Shown here: positions 26,709 to 37,434 of the stretch, piece by piece
Numbering within the stretch: the stretch's first letter is position 1
Layout: every line of letters begins with the position of its first letter
From: a virus
Lineage: Duplodnaviria > Caudoviricetes
Strand: one strand, 5' to 3'
Virus record (IMG/VR): IMGVR_UViG_3300014205_000170
Location: 416,001-480,000 of that record
DNA length: 64,000 nt
The notes under the pieces: model-generated
Databases searched by the model: none
What the model saw: the letters and a program-made list of their open reading frames with translations, nothing else
What the model was told of the DNA's origin: nothing
Made by a program: the position numbers and the translations under genes

Positions 26709-29318
26709 ATGAATCTCACAGAAAGCTATATTGACAGACTTTCCCTGCTTGCCGGTATTCTTTTTGAAAACAGAATTGATAAATTACGTGCTCAAAAATT
26801 TCCAGAAGACATAGTAAATTTTGCTTTAGAATTTGCAAAAGAAACATCTCGTAATAATTCTGATTTATCTATAAATCAAAATCAATATATCCCTTGGATT
26901 GCACAACAAGCCAAAAACAATCCTGAAATTATGACTGACAAGGATAAGCTTGCAGTAATAACAAACTGGATTAAAAAATCAGGATATAATAAAATCAATT
27001 CTACTGAACCGTTTAATACGGTATATGATAAAGCAAAAGAATGGTTACGTTTAAAAAACATTAATGTAAGTACTGGAGAAAGAATAGAAGGTGGTAAAGT
27101 TGTAAAAAAATATCCAAACGATTATCAGTGGATTCAAGCAACAGAAGTAAATTGGTGTATAAATGTTGGAGAAAAATATGGCTGGTGCTTTAATCAATTA
27201 AACAGAGCAGAAAGATTTGTAGGGTTAGGGGATATTGGTGTGAATAATAAAGGTTATTTTTTATTAAACAAAAAACTAGAACCTGTTGTTGCATTACAAT
27301 ATAATTCTAAAACTGGTATTGTAGAAGACATACAAGGTATTCATAATCAATTAATAAGTGCCGATTTATTCCCTTATATAATAGATATTTTTAAAACTTT
27401 TTCTATTATAACAGACATTCAAGGACATAAATTAACCTTTTGGAATTCAATAATACAACCTGAGTCAAAAAAATTTCAAACAGATTTGTTTGCATTACCA
27501 AATGTAAAAATTCCTGTCAACATCAAAATACAAAATGGTGTCGATTTAAAAGACGAAGAATTAAAACAATTAAGCCCAACAGTAAAACTTACATATGGTT
27601 ATGCTCATTTATTAACGCCAGAAGAAATTAAAAGTCTACCAATTAAAGATAAATTAGATAATGGATATCGATTAAGCGATTCAGAAATTAGATTATTGTC
27701 AATAGATGACCGAATAAACTATGGATATATTACTGATGAAGAAAAAAGAGAATTACCAATTAATATTAAAATCGAATATGATATTGCATTAACTCAAGAA
27801 GATTTGAATGTTTTAAATCAGCCCATTCTAACTAAGATTAAGCAAATTATAGACGAAGAAGCAGACCCAAAAGATTTATTTATCAAAAAAGATTTCAAAG
27901 ATTTCAAAGAATCTTATGTTGATGATGAAGGAATACATTTAGATATTACACAAGATGAGTATGATAAAAAATATTCTGGCTTAGATGAATACAATAGATA
28001 TTATGAACATTATTCAGCCTCTGATAAAGAGTTGGATTCAGAAGAATTGAATTATATGGATTCTTATTTAGATAAAGAAAATATTCAAACTTTAAAATAT
28101 TTATCTGAGATATTAGGTGTTGAACAAGATTATAATTTTGAAGAAAGTGAAAATATTAAAAAGTTTATAGAAGAAAATTTAGAAAATTCCGATGATATTC
28201 TTGAAACTTTTTTATATGATTTAAGTAGTATACATGGAATTGCCAAAGAAGAAGAAATAGAAAAAACCTTAAAAGAAGAACAAAAATTTAAATATAAAGA
28301 TGGGTATTTAATTTTACCTTGGAAAGATTTATATGAATTTTTATCTAAAAAAAGTCCAATTTCCGATTTTAAAGAATTAGAGGACTTAGAAATAAATGGT
28401 GAAATTAATTTAGAAGATATAATGTATAATTATACTTCAAGTTTAAGTGAGAACTTAATTAAAGATTTAAATGAAACTATAAAAAGTAAATTAAATAAAT
28501 CTTTAGAAGATATTGAAGCGAATCCAGGATATTTTAATAATGTTGCAGATTTTAAAAATCTCATTAAGAGTTTGAACTTTGTTTCTGGAAATTTTAGTTT
28601 TTATGGTTCTATCAAAAAATCGGGACCTGTTTCAGTACATAGAGGTAATGCTAAATACAAATTGGAATTGCCTAAAAAAAATATTTTTATACAGGAAGTT
28701 AATTATATTGAAAGAAAGATTTCCATATTTATAATAGAATACACAAGTAAAGAAAAAAATAGAGTAAAGAAAATGTTAAAAGGAGATATTCCATATGAAA
28801 ATTTAGCCAGTTATATTCAACAATATTCATTGTTTGAAGCTAAGTTACGCAAAGAAATATCAAAACTTTTATCAGAAGATTTTAGATTTTTATATGACCA
28901 GCAAACTTATACCCCATCTCAAGATGTGGTTCAAACTGCACAAAACGCTTTAAACATAGTTCAAAAAAATAAGCTTGTTCAATCAGACGGTTCAAATGAG
29001 GGGTCTGGCTTACAAAAGGCTCAATCCTTAGTATCTAAACAACCAATTTCCCATGCTCAATTAAAGCGTATGAAGGCTTTCTTTGACAATAACTTACAAG
29101 CCGTTAGAAACGAAAAAAGTGCCGGAAAAAACATAAACAACTCTCCTATAATTCAAAAATGGGAACTTTGGGGAGGAGATGCTGGTCAAAGATGGGCTAA
29201 TACTCACATTAACAAAACTCAAAGTTCTAACAAAACTAGTAAAGGCGTTCGAAATTCTGACATGATAGCTCGTGATAACAGAATAATGGACCCTACCAAC
29301 ACTAGAATACACAGATAA
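26709..29318 (+). CDS. large multidomain putative virion protein
   Basis: RLSLLAGILFE N-terminus; C-terminal LKRMKAFF..WELWGGDAG..WA domain. Confidence 0.7.
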   Translation: MNLTESYIDRLSLLAGILFENRIDKLRAQKFPEDIVNFALEFAKETSRNNSDLSINQNQYIPWIAQQAKNNPEIMTDKDKLAVITNWIKKSGYNKINSTEPFNTVYDKAKEWLRLKNINVSTGERIEGGKVVKKYPNDYQWIQATEVNWCINVGEKYGWCFNQLNRAERFVGLGDIGVNNKGYFLLNKKLEPVVALQYNSKTGIVEDIQGIHNQLISADLFPYIIDIFKTFSIITDIQGHKLTFWNSIIQPESKKFQTDLFALPNVKIPVNIKIQNGVDLKDEELKQLSPTVKLTYGYAHLLTPEEIKSLPIKDKLDNGYRLSDSEIRLLSIDDRINYGYITDEEKRELPINIKIEYDIALTQEDLNVLNQPILTKIKQIIDEEADPKDLFIKKDFKDFKESYVDDEGIHLDITQDEYDKKYSGLDEYNRYYEHYSASDKELDSEELNYMDSYLDKENIQTLKYLSEILGVEQDYNFEESENIKKFIEENLENSDDILETFLYDLSSIHGIAKEEEIEKTLKEEQKFKYKDGYLILPWKDLYEFLSKKSPISDFKELEDLEINGEINLEDIMYNYTSSLSENLIKDLNETIKSKLNKSLEDIEANPGYFNNVADFKNLIKSLNFVSGNFSFYGSIKKSGPVSVHRGNAKYKLELPKKNIFIQEVNYIERKISIFIIEYTSKEKNRVKKMLKGDIPYENLASYIQQYSLFEAKLRKEISKLLSEDFRFLYDQQTYTPSQDVVQTAQNALNIVQKNKLVQSDGSNEGSGLQKAQSLVSKQPISHAQLKRMKAFFDNNLQAVRNEKSAGKNINNSPIIQKWELWGGDAGQRWANTHINKTQSSNKTSKGVRNSDMIARDNRIMDPTNTRIHR

Positions 29319-29396
29319 AATTAAAGTTAATCATTAACTTGATTTTGTCATTTCAGCCTTTTATATTTGTCCTATAACATTTAAACACATTAAAAA

Positions 29397-29975
29397 ATGG
29401 ACAAAGATTTAGAATTAAAATTAAAAAACTCTACACCAATTTATCAAAGTATCGAAAAGTTTGAAGATGCAGATGAAGAAATGCTTTTTATCGCAAATCA
29501 TATCAAGCGTACAACACAACACAATGAATATATAGAACCAACAAGAATTAAGTTTTTATATTCAAATAAACCAAAAAAAGATGGAAGTAGCTATAGTCTC
29601 TTTGACCTTTTTAAGCGTAATGATATGGATAAAATGATTAATGATACTTATGATTTTATTTTAACTATATTTTATGATGTTTGGAAAGACCTTGCTCCAG
29701 ACCAAAAATTAATCATGTTAGACAAAGCTTTATGTGGTATAGATATGGGAAATATGGAAAATCAAAAGATTGGAAAAAACCCACCAGACTCAAAAGAATA
29801 TAAATCTAACATGCGTTTTTATGGTGCAGACAAAGTAATGAACACTTCTGATACTGTAGATTTGGCTTGTAGAAGAATTTTAGAAGAGAGAAAAGAGCAA
29901 CAAAAATTGGCTAAAGAAGCGGCTGGAGGTAAGAAAAAAGGCAAAAAGCATGCTGATGTAGCAGAAGATTTTTAA
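29397..29975 (+). CDS. phage metallopeptidase-fold protein, probably inactive
   Basis: IKFL..YDFIL..W..L...Q..LDKALC where HExxH is expected. Confidence 0.5.
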   Translation: MDKDLELKLKNSTPIYQSIEKFEDADEEMLFIANHIKRTTQHNEYIEPTRIKFLYSNKPKKDGSSYSLFDLFKRNDMDKMINDTYDFILTIFYDVWKDLAPDQKLIMLDKALCGIDMGNMENQKIGKNPPDSKEYKSNMRFYGADKVMNTSDTVDLACRRILEERKEQQKLAKEAAGGKKKGKKHADVAEDF

Positions 29976-29977
29976 TA

Positions 29978-30280
29978 ATGAAAAGTTCAAATAACATATT
30001 AAATGCAGTTATATCAAAACTTCAAGCTGAAAAAGATGAAGTTATTGTGCAATTGGATTTAATTATAAATAAAAACCTATCAGATAAGGGGGTTTCCGGT
30101 CTTGTAGACCAAGCAACACTTATGTTTAAAAAGCTATCAGAAATTGATTTAACGATTGAAACTGTTCTGCTTACAATAGAGAATAATAAATCAAATCAAT
30201 TTATTCAACAAATAGGAGAATTATCAGAGCTTATATCTAAAAACAATAAAAATACAGAAAACAATGGAGATAATCCTTAA
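29978..30280 (+). CDS. hypothetical coiled-coil protein
   Basis: ORF in operon. Confidence 0.6.
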   Translation: MKSSNNILNAVISKLQAEKDEVIVQLDLIINKNLSDKGVSGLVDQATLMFKKLSEIDLTIETVLLTIENNKSNQFIQQIGELSELISKNNKNTENNGDNP

Positions 30281-30503
30281 AATATTCTTGGGCTTACTAA
30301 GTATAGCCTTTGGTTATATATCTTATTTTATTCTTAAAGAATACAATAAGTTTAAAAAATCTGATGATGCTGAAAAAGCATCTCTTATGGAAAAATTCGT
30401 TTTAGGAGCAATCACATTCAGTTGTGTATGTTTTTTAGGAGTTTTAATATGTTTTAGTATTACTTTAATGTTTAGTACTATAATAATACAATTGCCTTTT
30501 TAA
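30264..30503 (+). CDS. small two-TM membrane protein
   Basis: two hydrophobic segments. Confidence 0.6.
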   Translation: MEIILKIFLGLLSIAFGYISYFILKEYNKFKKSDDAEKASLMEKFVLGAITFSCVCFLGVLICFSITLMFSTIIIQLPF

Positions 30504-30773
30504 ATGAAAGATTGGTGGAAATATTCTAAATTAAGATTCTACTATTTAAACACTTTGTGGAATTATAATTTTTGGTTAAAAACTACCCGCGTTTATGAAA
30601 CCTTTGTTTCAAGTGAAAAACCAAATCGTTTAGGAGAAACAAAGTCGCCAACAGCAAGAAAAAGATTTAAAGGTTATCTTTATAAAGGTAATATTTACTT
30701 AGATAATCCTGGTATTCCAAATATACCTAGAGATGTCTGGAATGCTTGGAAAACCAAGGGATTAATCAAATAG
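30504..30773 (+). CDS. hypothetical protein
   Basis: abuts upstream ORF; terminator follows at about 30776-30804. Confidence 0.6.
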   Translation: MKDWWKYSKLRFYYLNTLWNYNFWLKTTRVYETFVSSEKPNRLGETKSPTARKRFKGYLYKGNIYLDNPGIPNIPRDVWNAWKTKGLIK

Positions 30774-30845
30774 TGAATCCGATGTAAACAAACATCGGAT
30801 TTTTCATTTATATCCAATTAGATTTTAGTAATTTCTTTCTATTTA

Positions 30846-32423
30846 TTGACAAATAACCTTATAATGGCTAAACCGAAAGATAACGAACCTTCAACAAATT
30901 CAGAAGTACAAAGGTCTGATGAATTTCAGAAGGAAGTAGAAATAAAAGAAACTACAATGGAAGTAGCAAAAGATTTACTTGAATCTACTACTGAAAATGA
31001 ATTTTCTAAATTAGGCTATGAGGAAGTTAGTAAGTCTGCTGGAGAATACGGTACAGAAAAAAAGTATGGTGCTGGTGTTGAACAAAATCAATTTAAAATT
31101 AGAGTAGCCGGTAAAACAAAAACAAGTCTTGAAAAACAAGTAATGTTAGGTGCTAAAAGAATCCAATCTGATATAAATTTTTCATATAATGGAAAAATGG
31201 TTAATGTTGAATATAAAACAACAGAAGCCGGTTTTTTCAGGGGTGTTGATAGTAATTCAATTCCTTATACTTTTACTAAAACCATTACTATTGATGGGTC
31301 TAAAAAAACAGAATTAGAAAAACAAATGAAAGAACTTTTTGCAATAGGTGCAAAAAAAGAAGTTGGATATCTTACTAATACCAAATTAGGTGTTGAGGAT
31401 ACAACAGATAAAAGTACAACTTCAACCGTTAATGAAAACCAAGAATCAATGAAAAAATTAACTATTAAAAGTATATTTTCTAACGAAGATATATCTGATG
31501 CTCTTAACGAATCTAAAAATTCAGATAACGTTAAAAAACAAAACACTATTCCTTTAGATAAAACACATCCTTTTGATAAATCTGATGAAGAAGTTGATAA
31601 AGACAAGTCTTTGCTTTTTGATGATAAAGAAGAAACTGATGTAAATGAAGTAACAACAGCAGGTCCTTCTGGTGCTGGTGCCGGAGCGTTTTTAACCCCT
31701 TTTGCTTTTAAAGGAACTTCTTATGGCAAATATAAAGGTAAAAAGAAACCAACAATAACAAAAGAATACAATGTTGTTCCTAACAGCGAAGGTTATAATT
31801 CAGATGGATTTTGGCAAAAGGTTAATGTTGATGCTCTTAAAGATACACATCCTCTTGGAATGCCTGGAATTAAACCAGGAAGCAAAGAAGAGTGGGATGC
31901 AACTACAAAAGGCGATAAAAACAAATTAAAAAGACTTGGCTTAAAAGAAGAAGTTGAAGCTCCAAAAGTTAATCTTGATTTAACAAAAAAGAAAATATTT
32001 TCTGAGGCAGAAAACGTTAAAAATGGTGTTAACAAAAGATACCTTATAACAGAAAAAACATCAGAAGAATATTTAAAGGATAGATGGAAAAAGTTAACAA
32101 GCTTCAAATTATATGAATCTATTCAAGAAAGCGAAGAAATCAATTTAACGCTTAATGAGTGTGAATGTGAGAACAAACCAGTAAAATCAATTGACCCATT
32201 ACCAATTGACAAAATTGAAGAGAAAGTTGAATTGATTGAACAAACTCCTGAGCCAATAAATGAATCTAAAAATATTTTAGAAGAAACTGTAACAGTTCAA
32301 AAACCAGGGTCTCTTTTTGGAATTGAATATGTTTTTTATAAAAAAGATTTTTTAGATGAAAATAAAAAATACATTTTAGACTTATCGTCTAAAGTATTTG
32401 TGCCAAATCCAAACATTAAGTAA
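30846..32423 (+). CDS. putative internal head protein
   Basis: NEVTTAG..AGAFLTPFAF motif, many x-x-E sites. Confidence 0.65.
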   Translation: MTNNLIMAKPKDNEPSTNSEVQRSDEFQKEVEIKETTMEVAKDLLESTTENEFSKLGYEEVSKSAGEYGTEKKYGAGVEQNQFKIRVAGKTKTSLEKQVMLGAKRIQSDINFSYNGKMVNVEYKTTEAGFFRGVDSNSIPYTFTKTITIDGSKKTELEKQMKELFAIGAKKEVGYLTNTKLGVEDTTDKSTTSTVNENQESMKKLTIKSIFSNEDISDALNESKNSDNVKKQNTIPLDKTHPFDKSDEEVDKDKSLLFDDKEETDVNEVTTAGPSGAGAGAFLTPFAFKGTSYGKYKGKKKPTITKEYNVVPNSEGYNSDGFWQKVNVDALKDTHPLGMPGIKPGSKEEWDATTKGDKNKLKRLGLKEEVEAPKVNLDLTKKKIFSEAENVKNGVNKRYLITEKTSEEYLKDRWKKLTSFKLYESIQESEEINLTLNECECENKPVKSIDPLPIDKIEEKVELIEQTPEPINESKNILEETVTVQKPGSLFGIEYVFYKKDFLDENKKYILDLSSKVFVPNPNIK

Positions 32424-32525
32424 AAAATTTCTTTTAATACTTTAAAGGTTCGAAGTTTAAACGCTATCGAACCTTTCTTTTTTGGATATAATTATTTAGA
32501 TTTGTATTAAACAAACACTTTAATC

Positions 32526-33026
32526 ATGGGAATGAAATTAATTAAAAATTTATCACCAAATAATGTTACAGTTAACATTATGGTAATCAATAATGGTCAA
32601 AACGTAAATTTTACTTTAGAGTACGGAGATTCTGTATTAGTTAACGATGTGGGAGCAGTAACAAAATCAGTTATTATTCAAACGAAAAAAAGGAATATTC
32701 AACTTTTCGATGAGTTTCCAACTGGCATGATAGCTTATAAGAAATATTCAGTTAATGATAATCCGGCAACAAATAATGCTATTGAGGATGATTTATCTAT
32801 ATTAGATAAAAATGAAGCTCAAATAATACCAGTTTCTAGCTCAAATTCAGGTCAGATGGAACCTATTTCTAATACTAATGTGAGCACTAAAAATGCTGAA
32901 CAAAAAAATAAAGGTGGTCGACCAAAAGGAGCTTTAAATAAAAAAAAGAAGAAAAAGAAAACTTCTAAAACAAATAAAAATACTGTCTTCATCTCGCCAG
33001 ATATTACTACAAGAGAAAGTGATTAA
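32526..33026 (+). CDS. hypothetical protein with GGRPKG DNA-binding-like motif
   Basis: KGGRPKGALNKKKK. Confidence 0.6.
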   Translation: MGMKLIKNLSPNNVTVNIMVINNGQNVNFTLEYGDSVLVNDVGAVTKSVIIQTKKRNIQLFDEFPTGMIAYKKYSVNDNPATNNAIEDDLSILDKNEAQIIPVSSSNSGQMEPISNTNVSTKNAEQKNKGGRPKGALNKKKKKKKTSKTNKNTVFISPDITTRESD

Positions 33027-33043
33027 TTCAAACAGTGTAGACG

Positions 33044-33307
33044 TTGGTAACAAAGCAATTTATATTTGATATAACAAAATTCAGAAGAAGAACAAAAACA
33101 GAATTACAACACAAATTAAGAGTTGTAATGAATTGTTATACAATTAGTAATTTTCAATTAAATGAAAATAATAACACATTTTCTTTTACAAAAAATTATC
33201 GTATTAACGGAAAAAGACTTGAAGACAAAAAAACATTAACTGGTAATTATACACACGAAATAATTTCAGAGGAAGAATGTAAAATCACAATAACAGTAAA
33301 TACATGA
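33044..33307 (+). CDS. hypothetical protein
   Basis: 87-aa ORF overlapping the cysC start. Confidence 0.55.
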   Translation: MVTKQFIFDITKFRRRTKTELQHKLRVVMNCYTISNFQLNENNNTFSFTKNYRINGKRLEDKKTLTGNYTHEIISEEECKITITVNT

Positions 33308-34008
33308 TAGATTATAAAAAATTTTTGAAATCCACTACATATAGATTTTACTCTATGATAGTCACTGTAATAGTTAGTTACATTACAACAGGTAATTGGA
33401 TTTTAGCCGCAACTATTGGTTTTGCTGATTCAAGTGTGAAGATTCTTACATATTATGGTTTTGAAACTTTATGGGATAAGATTACCAGAAAAAAATACAG
33501 AACTAGTTTGTTGTGGATGACCGGCTTAAGTGGCAGTGGAAAAACAACTATATCAAAAGTTCTAATTAAAAAATTAAAAGCCGAGGGGTGTAGTGCAATG
33601 ATTTTGGATGGAGATGAAATTAGGGATATTTTTAAAAATAGTGGATTTGATAAGGAAGCAAGAGTTAAACATGGAAAAGATGTAGGAAAAATGGCCGTAT
33701 ATTTACAGAGCCAAGGAATTGTTCCAATTATCAGTTTAATTTCTCCATATGCTGAAACGAGAGATTATGTAAGAAGTATCAGTGACGATTTTACTGAGAT
33801 TTATATTAATACCCCATTATCAGTTTGTGAACAAAGGGATGTTAAGGGGCTTTATAAAAAAGCTCGTAATGGAGAAATAAAGGATTTTACAGGAATACAC
33901 GATAGTGCTCCCTACGAAGCTCCTATTGCGCCGGAATTAACCATAGACACCCAGAATGCAAGCATAGATGATTGTGTTAAACAAATCTTAAAACATATTA
34001 GAAAATAA
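33304..34008 (+). CDS. cysC: adenylyl-sulfate kinase with N-terminal DUF2061-like membrane domain
   Basis: TGLSGSGKTT, LDGD, RDVKGLYKKA..GEI..FTGI..PYEAP. Confidence 0.92.
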   Translation: MIDYKKFLKSTTYRFYSMIVTVIVSYITTGNWILAATIGFADSSVKILTYYGFETLWDKITRKKYRTSLLWMTGLSGSGKTTISKVLIKKLKAEGCSAMILDGDEIRDIFKNSGFDKEARVKHGKDVGKMAVYLQSQGIVPIISLISPYAETRDYVRSISDDFTEIYINTPLSVCEQRDVKGLYKKARNGEIKDFTGIHDSAPYEAPIAPELTIDTQNASIDDCVKQILKHIRK

Positions 34009-34016
34009 GTATTATT

Positions 34017-34685
34017 ATGAATGAAGAGTTGACGAATAAAGAAAAATATCTTCTTGAAACTTTTAAAATTGATGTTCCTTTAGTTAAAAAAATAACTGAA
34101 ATAGGTCGACTTGTTGGTACTCATAAATATGATGTTTGGATTGCTAAAGAGGTAAAAAAGAATAACTCTCTTTTAAATAATTTAGAGGGGTTTTTATTTA
34201 TTATAGATTGGGCACAAAAGAAAAGACCTAACATTTCAGGCATGTCATTCGAACAAGCACACGTACTCTCAGAGGAATGGCATAACAGTATGGAATTTGA
34301 TGAACAAGCTAAAAATAAGGATAATGAAGATGATGATAAGATATTGTATAGATGTAAGGATGGTACACATTATTTTGTATTATTACAGCCAGAAGATTTA
34401 AAATTAGAGGGCGAAATTATGAGGAATTGTGTAGGTTCATATGCTGATAAAGTAAGAATGGGACGTTCTTTAATAATCTCTTTGCGAGACGAGAAAAATG
34501 AGTCTCACGTTACCATAGAAATTGATAGTCAGACTGGTATGGCGATTCAAACCAGAGGTAAAGGTAATGGAGAGCCAGCCCCTAGATATTTAAAGTTAAT
34601 AACAGAATTTGCAATATTTGCCAGCGGATATGCTGATACTATGGATAAGGAATTGTTAGAGCTTATGAATATGAAATTTGATTAA
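34017..34685 (+). CDS. PcfJ-like domain protein
   Basis: EGEIMRNCVGSY..SLRD..HVTIE..QTRGKGN. Confidence 0.75.
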   Translation: MNEELTNKEKYLLETFKIDVPLVKKITEIGRLVGTHKYDVWIAKEVKKNNSLLNNLEGFLFIIDWAQKKRPNISGMSFEQAHVLSEEWHNSMEFDEQAKNKDNEDDDKILYRCKDGTHYFVLLQPEDLKLEGEIMRNCVGSYADKVRMGRSLIISLRDEKNESHVTIEIDSQTGMAIQTRGKGNGEPAPRYLKLITEFAIFASGYADTMDKELLELMNMKFD

Positions 34686-34769
34686 CAAAAAAAAATCAAC
34701 TTTTTTATAACATTTTTTGGTTATCTTACGTTTAATAAAGAACTTTGTATAAATAAACCATTAAACTGT

Positions 34770-35792
34770 ATGACATCAAACATTACACCCGGAATTAGCT
34801 CTAAGCTAGGTAAGAATTTACACAACAAAAAGAACCATCCAATTGAAATCATAAAAAGAAAAATCTATGATTATTTTGGAGAATCATTCAACAAATTTGA
34901 TGAATTGAACCCAGTTGTTAAAATCGAAGAAAATTTTGACAAACTGCTTATTCCAAAAGACCATCCTGCAAGGTCAGCAAGTGACACTTATTATCAAGAT
35001 GAAAATCATGTATTAAGAACACATACATCGGCTCATCAAAACGATTTGTTAAATGCTGGTCATAAAAAATTCCTTGTTACCGGTGATGTATATCGCAAAG
35101 ATGATATTGATGCTTCTCATTATCCTGTATTTCATCAAATGGAAGGTGTTTCTGTTATGGAAGAAGGTCAAAATGCAGAAGAAGAATTAAAAAACGTTTT
35201 AAGTGGCCTTATTGACGTGTTGTTTCCTGGGTGTGAATATCGTTTCAAAGAAGATTATTTCCCTTTTACGCACCCTTCCTTTGAGGTTGAAGTAATGTTT
35301 CAAGATAAATGGTTAGAAGTTTTAGGGTGCGGTATTGTTCAGCCTAAAATTATGGAAAATTGTGGTCTAGAAGGAAAGACAGCTTGGGCTTTTGGTCTAG
35401 GTTTAGAAAGACTAGCTATGATTCTATTTAAAATAACAGACATTAGATATTTTTGGTCTGATGATGAACGTTTTATATCTCAATTCGCTTCGGGAGAAAT
35501 GATTGAATTTAAACCATATTCAAGTTACCCTCCAATAACTCGCGACATTGCGTTTTGGACAACTGAAAAATTTGCACACAATAATTTTTGTGAAATCGTA
35601 AGAGAAACCGGTGGTGACCTTATAGAAAACGTTGCTAAAATAGATGAGTTTGCCAAAAATGGTAAGATTTCGAAATGTTATAGAATTATATATCGTTCGA
35701 ATGACCGTACTCTTACGAATGAAGAAATTAATGAAATTCAAGACACGGTAAAGAATAAAACAATTACAGAGTTAAGTGTTGAAATTCGATAA
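34770..35792 (+). CDS. pheS: monomeric (mitochondrial-type) phenylalanyl-tRNA synthetase: alpha catalytic domain fused to anticodon-binding domain
   Basis: LRTHTSAHQ, YRKDDIDASHYPVFHQMEG, FPFTHPSFE, AFGLGLERLAM, C-terminal YPPITRDIAFW..CYRIIYRS..RTLTNEEIN. Confidence 0.92.
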   Translation: MTSNITPGISSKLGKNLHNKKNHPIEIIKRKIYDYFGESFNKFDELNPVVKIEENFDKLLIPKDHPARSASDTYYQDENHVLRTHTSAHQNDLLNAGHKKFLVTGDVYRKDDIDASHYPVFHQMEGVSVMEEGQNAEEELKNVLSGLIDVLFPGCEYRFKEDYFPFTHPSFEVEVMFQDKWLEVLGCGIVQPKIMENCGLEGKTAWAFGLGLERLAMILFKITDIRYFWSDDERFISQFASGEMIEFKPYSSYPPITRDIAFWTTEKFAHNNFCEIVRETGGDLIENVAKIDEFAKNGKISKCYRIIYRSNDRTLTNEEINEIQDTVKNKTITELSVEIR

Positions 35793-35861
35793 ACTTCATC
35801 TTAAAAAAAGCTCGGAAAGTCAGGGTTAATCCTGACTTTTCCTTTTTTAAAAAAACTATTT

Positions 35862-37388
35862 ATGAGTAGTATGGATGAAAATCTAAAAAAGAGATTACAA
35901 GAATTGGCTGGAATACTTTCAGAATCCAAAGTTTCGGATATATATGAAAAGTATTATCAGGATATTCGTCTTGATTTATTCCACGATATTATAACTGCAG
36001 ACCCTACCACTCCTGTAAAAAACGGAATTCCAGATAAGCTTGGTCAATATTCTAAATGGTTATTATCCTTACATAAAAAAGGTAAATTAAGAAAAGAAGA
36101 TTTGTATAAGGCTAAAGAATATTTAAAAGTATATCAGGAATTAAAAAATCAAAATATTCTTCCTGCAAACAATAGAGATATTGGAAAAATTAATTCTCTA
36201 CCAGAATTATATACTTTAAATTCTCAATTTGGAGGTACAGGACAAATCAAAACTGATGAGTCTTATCTTTTAAATGATAAATATTTTATTAATGCAGGAC
36301 AAGCCGAATTATTTTTCGAAAATAAAAGGTGGCTAATAATCATTCCAAAATCAATTGAGGCTTCTAAGTTTTATGCTTGCACTAGTCAATGGTGTACTAG
36401 ATTTCCTGAAAATTATAATAATTACACAAAAGATGGACCGCTATATATTTTGATAGACAAAACAAAGTTAAATCAAAATGATGCGAACAGAAGATTTCAA
36501 TTTCATTTTGAGTCAAACCAATTTATGGACATGAATGATAGTCCCATTAACGTTGGTGAATTCATGAAAAACAATCCAAGTATTGCTAATGTATTATCAG
36601 AAGCAATTATGAAATATTTGGAGCGCAGTACTGATTTAAGTGAAACGGTTTTATCTTTATTAGGTGCAATGGCATTAAGAAATCCGGATACACTTCGTAA
36701 ATTTATGCCGGCACTAGAATCTAGAATAGCAAGTGGATTAAAAATTCCAGATTCTGTTATTGAAATGATTCCTGGACTTCAAGAATTAAAAATTAAAGTT
36801 TATTCAGAAAAAGGTTGGGTTATTGAGGAGAAATTCTTTTTAAAAATGGAACCTGAGAATCTCCAACAAACGATTGAAAAAAGATTATCAAAACATGGCT
36901 CACAAGGTTTCCCTGCTTATTATTTTAGAAACTCTGAAAACAAACTCAAAGTTTATTATTATAAAGATTTAATCAAACATGGCTCTCCGCTTCCAGAACC
37001 AATTGCAGCAATATCTGACCAACGATTGGTGGGTTATTACACCGACCAAATGATTCAATCAAATAAAGTCATACCAACATTTGTTTATAATATGGCTACT
37101 GAGGCACAAAGGAAGATTTATAGACAAAACTTACTAAATAACAAGGTTCAATTTATAGAACCTGAACAATTTCAAGAGTTCACAGACCAAGAACAAAAAA
37201 TCTATTTAAACAAATATGTAGATAGATTATATACTTTTATGCCTAATAAATTTTTCAATGTTTTATCTAAAGAATTGAGGAATTATTATATATACAAAAT
37301 CATTTCCAAAAAAGGTTTAGACAAAGTCCAAGATTTTCTCACAGATAATCAATTTAAATGGGCTTCTACTGACGGATTTTTATCCTAA
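35862..37388 (+). CDS. putative virion protein, paralog of 57891..59465
   Basis: ADPT..YSKWL, SQWCT, GPLYI, FQFHFESNQFMD. Confidence 0.7.
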   Translation: MSSMDENLKKRLQELAGILSESKVSDIYEKYYQDIRLDLFHDIITADPTTPVKNGIPDKLGQYSKWLLSLHKKGKLRKEDLYKAKEYLKVYQELKNQNILPANNRDIGKINSLPELYTLNSQFGGTGQIKTDESYLLNDKYFINAGQAELFFENKRWLIIIPKSIEASKFYACTSQWCTRFPENYNNYTKDGPLYILIDKTKLNQNDANRRFQFHFESNQFMDMNDSPINVGEFMKNNPSIANVLSEAIMKYLERSTDLSETVLSLLGAMALRNPDTLRKFMPALESRIASGLKIPDSVIEMIPGLQELKIKVYSEKGWVIEEKFFLKMEPENLQQTIEKRLSKHGSQGFPAYYFRNSENKLKVYYYKDLIKHGSPLPEPIAAISDQRLVGYYTDQMIQSNKVIPTFVYNMATEAQRKIYRQNLLNNKVQFIEPEQFQEFTDQEQKIYLNKYVDRLYTFMPNKFFNVLSKELRNYYIYKIISKKGLDKVQDFLTDNQFKWASTDGFLS

Positions 37389-37434
37389 AACCATCCTTTT
37401 TTTATCATATTTATTTAAGAATTTATATTGTTAA

